A DNA stretch of 64,000 bases, from NCBI GenBank assembly GCA_963667665.2, contig OY763927.2:544001-608000 (forward strand), written 5' to 3'. Position numbers and translations under genes: made by a program. How positions within the stretch are numbered: position 1 is the first letter of the stretch; the number at the start of each line of letters is the position of its first letter. The notes beneath the pieces were generated by a model, which saw only the letters and a list, made by a program, of their open reading frames with translations, had not been told where the DNA came from and ran no database searches. Of this stretch, positions 62,327-64,000 are shown in pieces. This stretch comes from Nitrosopumilus sp. GTDB taxonomy: Archaea > Thermoproteota > Nitrososphaeria > Nitrososphaerales > Nitrosopumilaceae.

Positions 62327-63058
62327 ATGAAAACATTTGTTTTTCTCATAATTGTTTTAATCTCTGGTGCATTTGCTGGTACTATTCATGGTATTGTGAA
62401 TTTTGTAATTGTAGAACCTTATCTTGATCAAGCCATTGGAATTGAAAATCAAAATCTGTTTGCATCTGGTGAAGAAAAAAACACTCCTGAATTTTGGGTA
62501 GAATATGAGGGATATAGAGAATGGCAAAAAAGTGGTCAGATTCTTGCCGGAACTATTTTAGGAACATCAGTCGGTGCATTATTTGGAATAATATTTGCAT
62601 TATCTAGAAATTCATTACCCGGAAACAATGATGTAAAAAAAGCAGTTGTTTTAGCTGGAATAATGTGGTTTACCATGTTTTTGATTCCATTTCTCAAGTA
62701 TCCTGCAAATCCACCAACTGTAGGAGATGCAGAAACTGTAGTTCTCAGGTCCGTCTTGTATCTTTCTTTTATCACAATTTCTGGATTTGGAGCAGTTGTT
62801 TTTTACAAATTATCAAAGAAATTCCAAAACAACAGAAAACTTGTAGCATTAATTGGCTATGGTGTTTTTATTTCTTTAGTCTTTTTTGCAATGCCGGAAA
62901 ATCCAGACGAAATTACAGCCCCTATAGATTTGGTAAATGAGTTTAGGATAATGTCATTCCTTGGAGTAACATCTTTCTGGGTTTCAATTGGTTTGATTCT
63001 AGGATTCTTTTGGAATCGTCTTAGTCCTGATAAAGAAACTACCCCCTCTTATAATTAA
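62327..63058 (+). CDS. cbtA: cobalt transporter subunit CbtA
   Basis: EP.LD.AI..E, LKYPANPP.VG, FR..S. Confidence 0.88.
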   Translation: MKTFVFLIIVLISGAFAGTIHGIVNFVIVEPYLDQAIGIENQNLFASGEEKNTPEFWVEYEGYREWQKSGQILAGTILGTSVGALFGIIFALSRNSLPGNNDVKKAVVLAGIMWFTMFLIPFLKYPANPPTVGDAETVVLRSVLYLSFITISGFGAVVFYKLSKKFQNNRKLVALIGYGVFISLVFFAMPENPDEITAPIDLVNEFRIMSFLGVTSFWVSIGLILGFFWNRLSPDKETTPSYN

Positions 63059-63128
63059 TGATTCTGACTCTCTAGAATGAGAATAAAAACATCCCGTTTA
63101 AATATACTGAATTATTTTTGATTTTCAC

Positions 63129-63458
63129 ATGTCGAGAAGATTAACTTTGCCACAATTAAAAAAATATGATATAACTCAAAAAGTAATTGAAGCACTAGCT
63201 GATTCTGAATCTCGTGCAATTCTATTTTCTGTAATCCGAAAAGGAAATACTGCAGCTGAGCTTTCAGATAAACTAAAAATTCCTCTTAGTTCTGTTTATA
63301 AAAAATTGTCTGACTTGGAAGAACTTACACTAATCAAAGTAGAAAAATGGATGATATCTGATAAAGGTAGAAAATACAAAGTTTTTCGAAGCAGAATAAG
63401 CAAAGCTGATATTTCCATTAGAACACCTGAACCAACTTTAACGTTAATTCCTAATTGA
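63129..63458 (+). CDS. ArsR-type winged-helix regulator
   Basis: LAD..SR.IL, IPLSSVYKKL..L. Confidence 0.8.
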   Translation: MSRRLTLPQLKKYDITQKVIEALADSESRAILFSVIRKGNTAAELSDKLKIPLSSVYKKLSDLEELTLIKVEKWMISDKGRKYKVFRSRISKADISIRTPEPTLTLIPN

Positions 63459-63467
63459 GTGATATTA

Positions 63468-63818
63468 ATGTCAAAGCCAAACATTATTCAATTATCTGAA
63501 TTTGATATAACTCAAAAAATTATTGAATCACTTAGTAATATTTGCACTAGAGCCGTATTGTTTTCAATTAAGAATAAATCAAAAGATGCAAATCAAATTG
63601 CAGATGAATTAAAAATTTCCATTTCTACTGTATACAAAACGCTATCTACTTTGGAGGAACTTGCACTTGTAGAGATAGACAGGTATGTTATTTCAGAAGA
63701 AGGCAAAAAAATCAAATATTATCGTAGTAGAATAGGTAAGGTGGAAATCACTTTAGAGAATCCTGAACCTAAATTGAATTTGTATCCAAATACAGACAAC
63801 CCAAAATCAAATCCTTAG
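63468..63818 (+). CDS. ArsR-type winged-helix regulator, paralog of the upstream gene
   Basis: Shared DITQK.IE.L and SRI.K..I....P.L.L.PN. Confidence 0.8.
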   Translation: MSKPNIIQLSEFDITQKIIESLSNICTRAVLFSIKNKSKDANQIADELKISISTVYKTLSTLEELALVEIDRYVISEEGKKIKYYRSRIGKVEITLENPEPKLNLYPNTDNPKSNP

Positions 63819-63921
63819 AATTTTTTATAATTCAATTTTGTTCTCATTCTAGAGAGTTAGAATTAATACTTGGAATGAAAATTTGGTTTAAATAACTTAG
63901 CTTGACCTAAAATTTTTGTAA

Positions 63922-64000
63922 ATGAAACGACAAACAACTTTAGCATTAGTTGCTATAATTGTAGCAATTGGTGTTGCAACTATTTCTTTAGTTCAGAATG
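63922..64000 (+). CDS. start of a signal-peptide-bearing protein (runs off the window)
   Basis: MKRQTTLALVAIIVAIG. Confidence 0.5.
   Translation, partial: MKRQTTLALVAIIVAIGVATISLVQN

Overview
AT-rich archaeal DNA of Nitrosopumilaceae (Thaumarchaeota/Nitrososphaeria) type. About 1-55,000 is an accessory island that looks like a decayed or rearranged integrative conjugative element plus cargo. It holds PrgI-, VirB6- and VirB4-like T4SS genes, an actin-like partition ATPase cut by an IS5, divergent TFB- and TBP-like factors, a GINS-like gene, a DinG/XPD helicase, two HicAB pairs, a truncated type IIG R-M gene, purD, secreted proteases, a truncated D5-type primase-helicase, a HEPN protein and several IS/MITE elements. 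About 55,100-64,000 is ordinary chromosome (HIT protein, aRF1, DsbA, response regulator, cbtBA, ArsR-type regulators). The most unusual signal is non-coding and sits in the island. It comprises a complete dual-guide C/D-box sRNA whose two guides appear to match adjacent sites in archaeal 16S rRNA, four covarying copies of an apparently unnamed pseudoknotted element placed between genes of a co-oriented array, a hammerhead-like RNA with large insertions, and two non-canonical tRNA-like genes (one with a Ser-type body and a GAA/Phe anticodon). Many genes are cut at abrupt junctions, so assembly or amplification chimerism cannot be excluded. All product calls come from motif recognition by eye; no searches were run.
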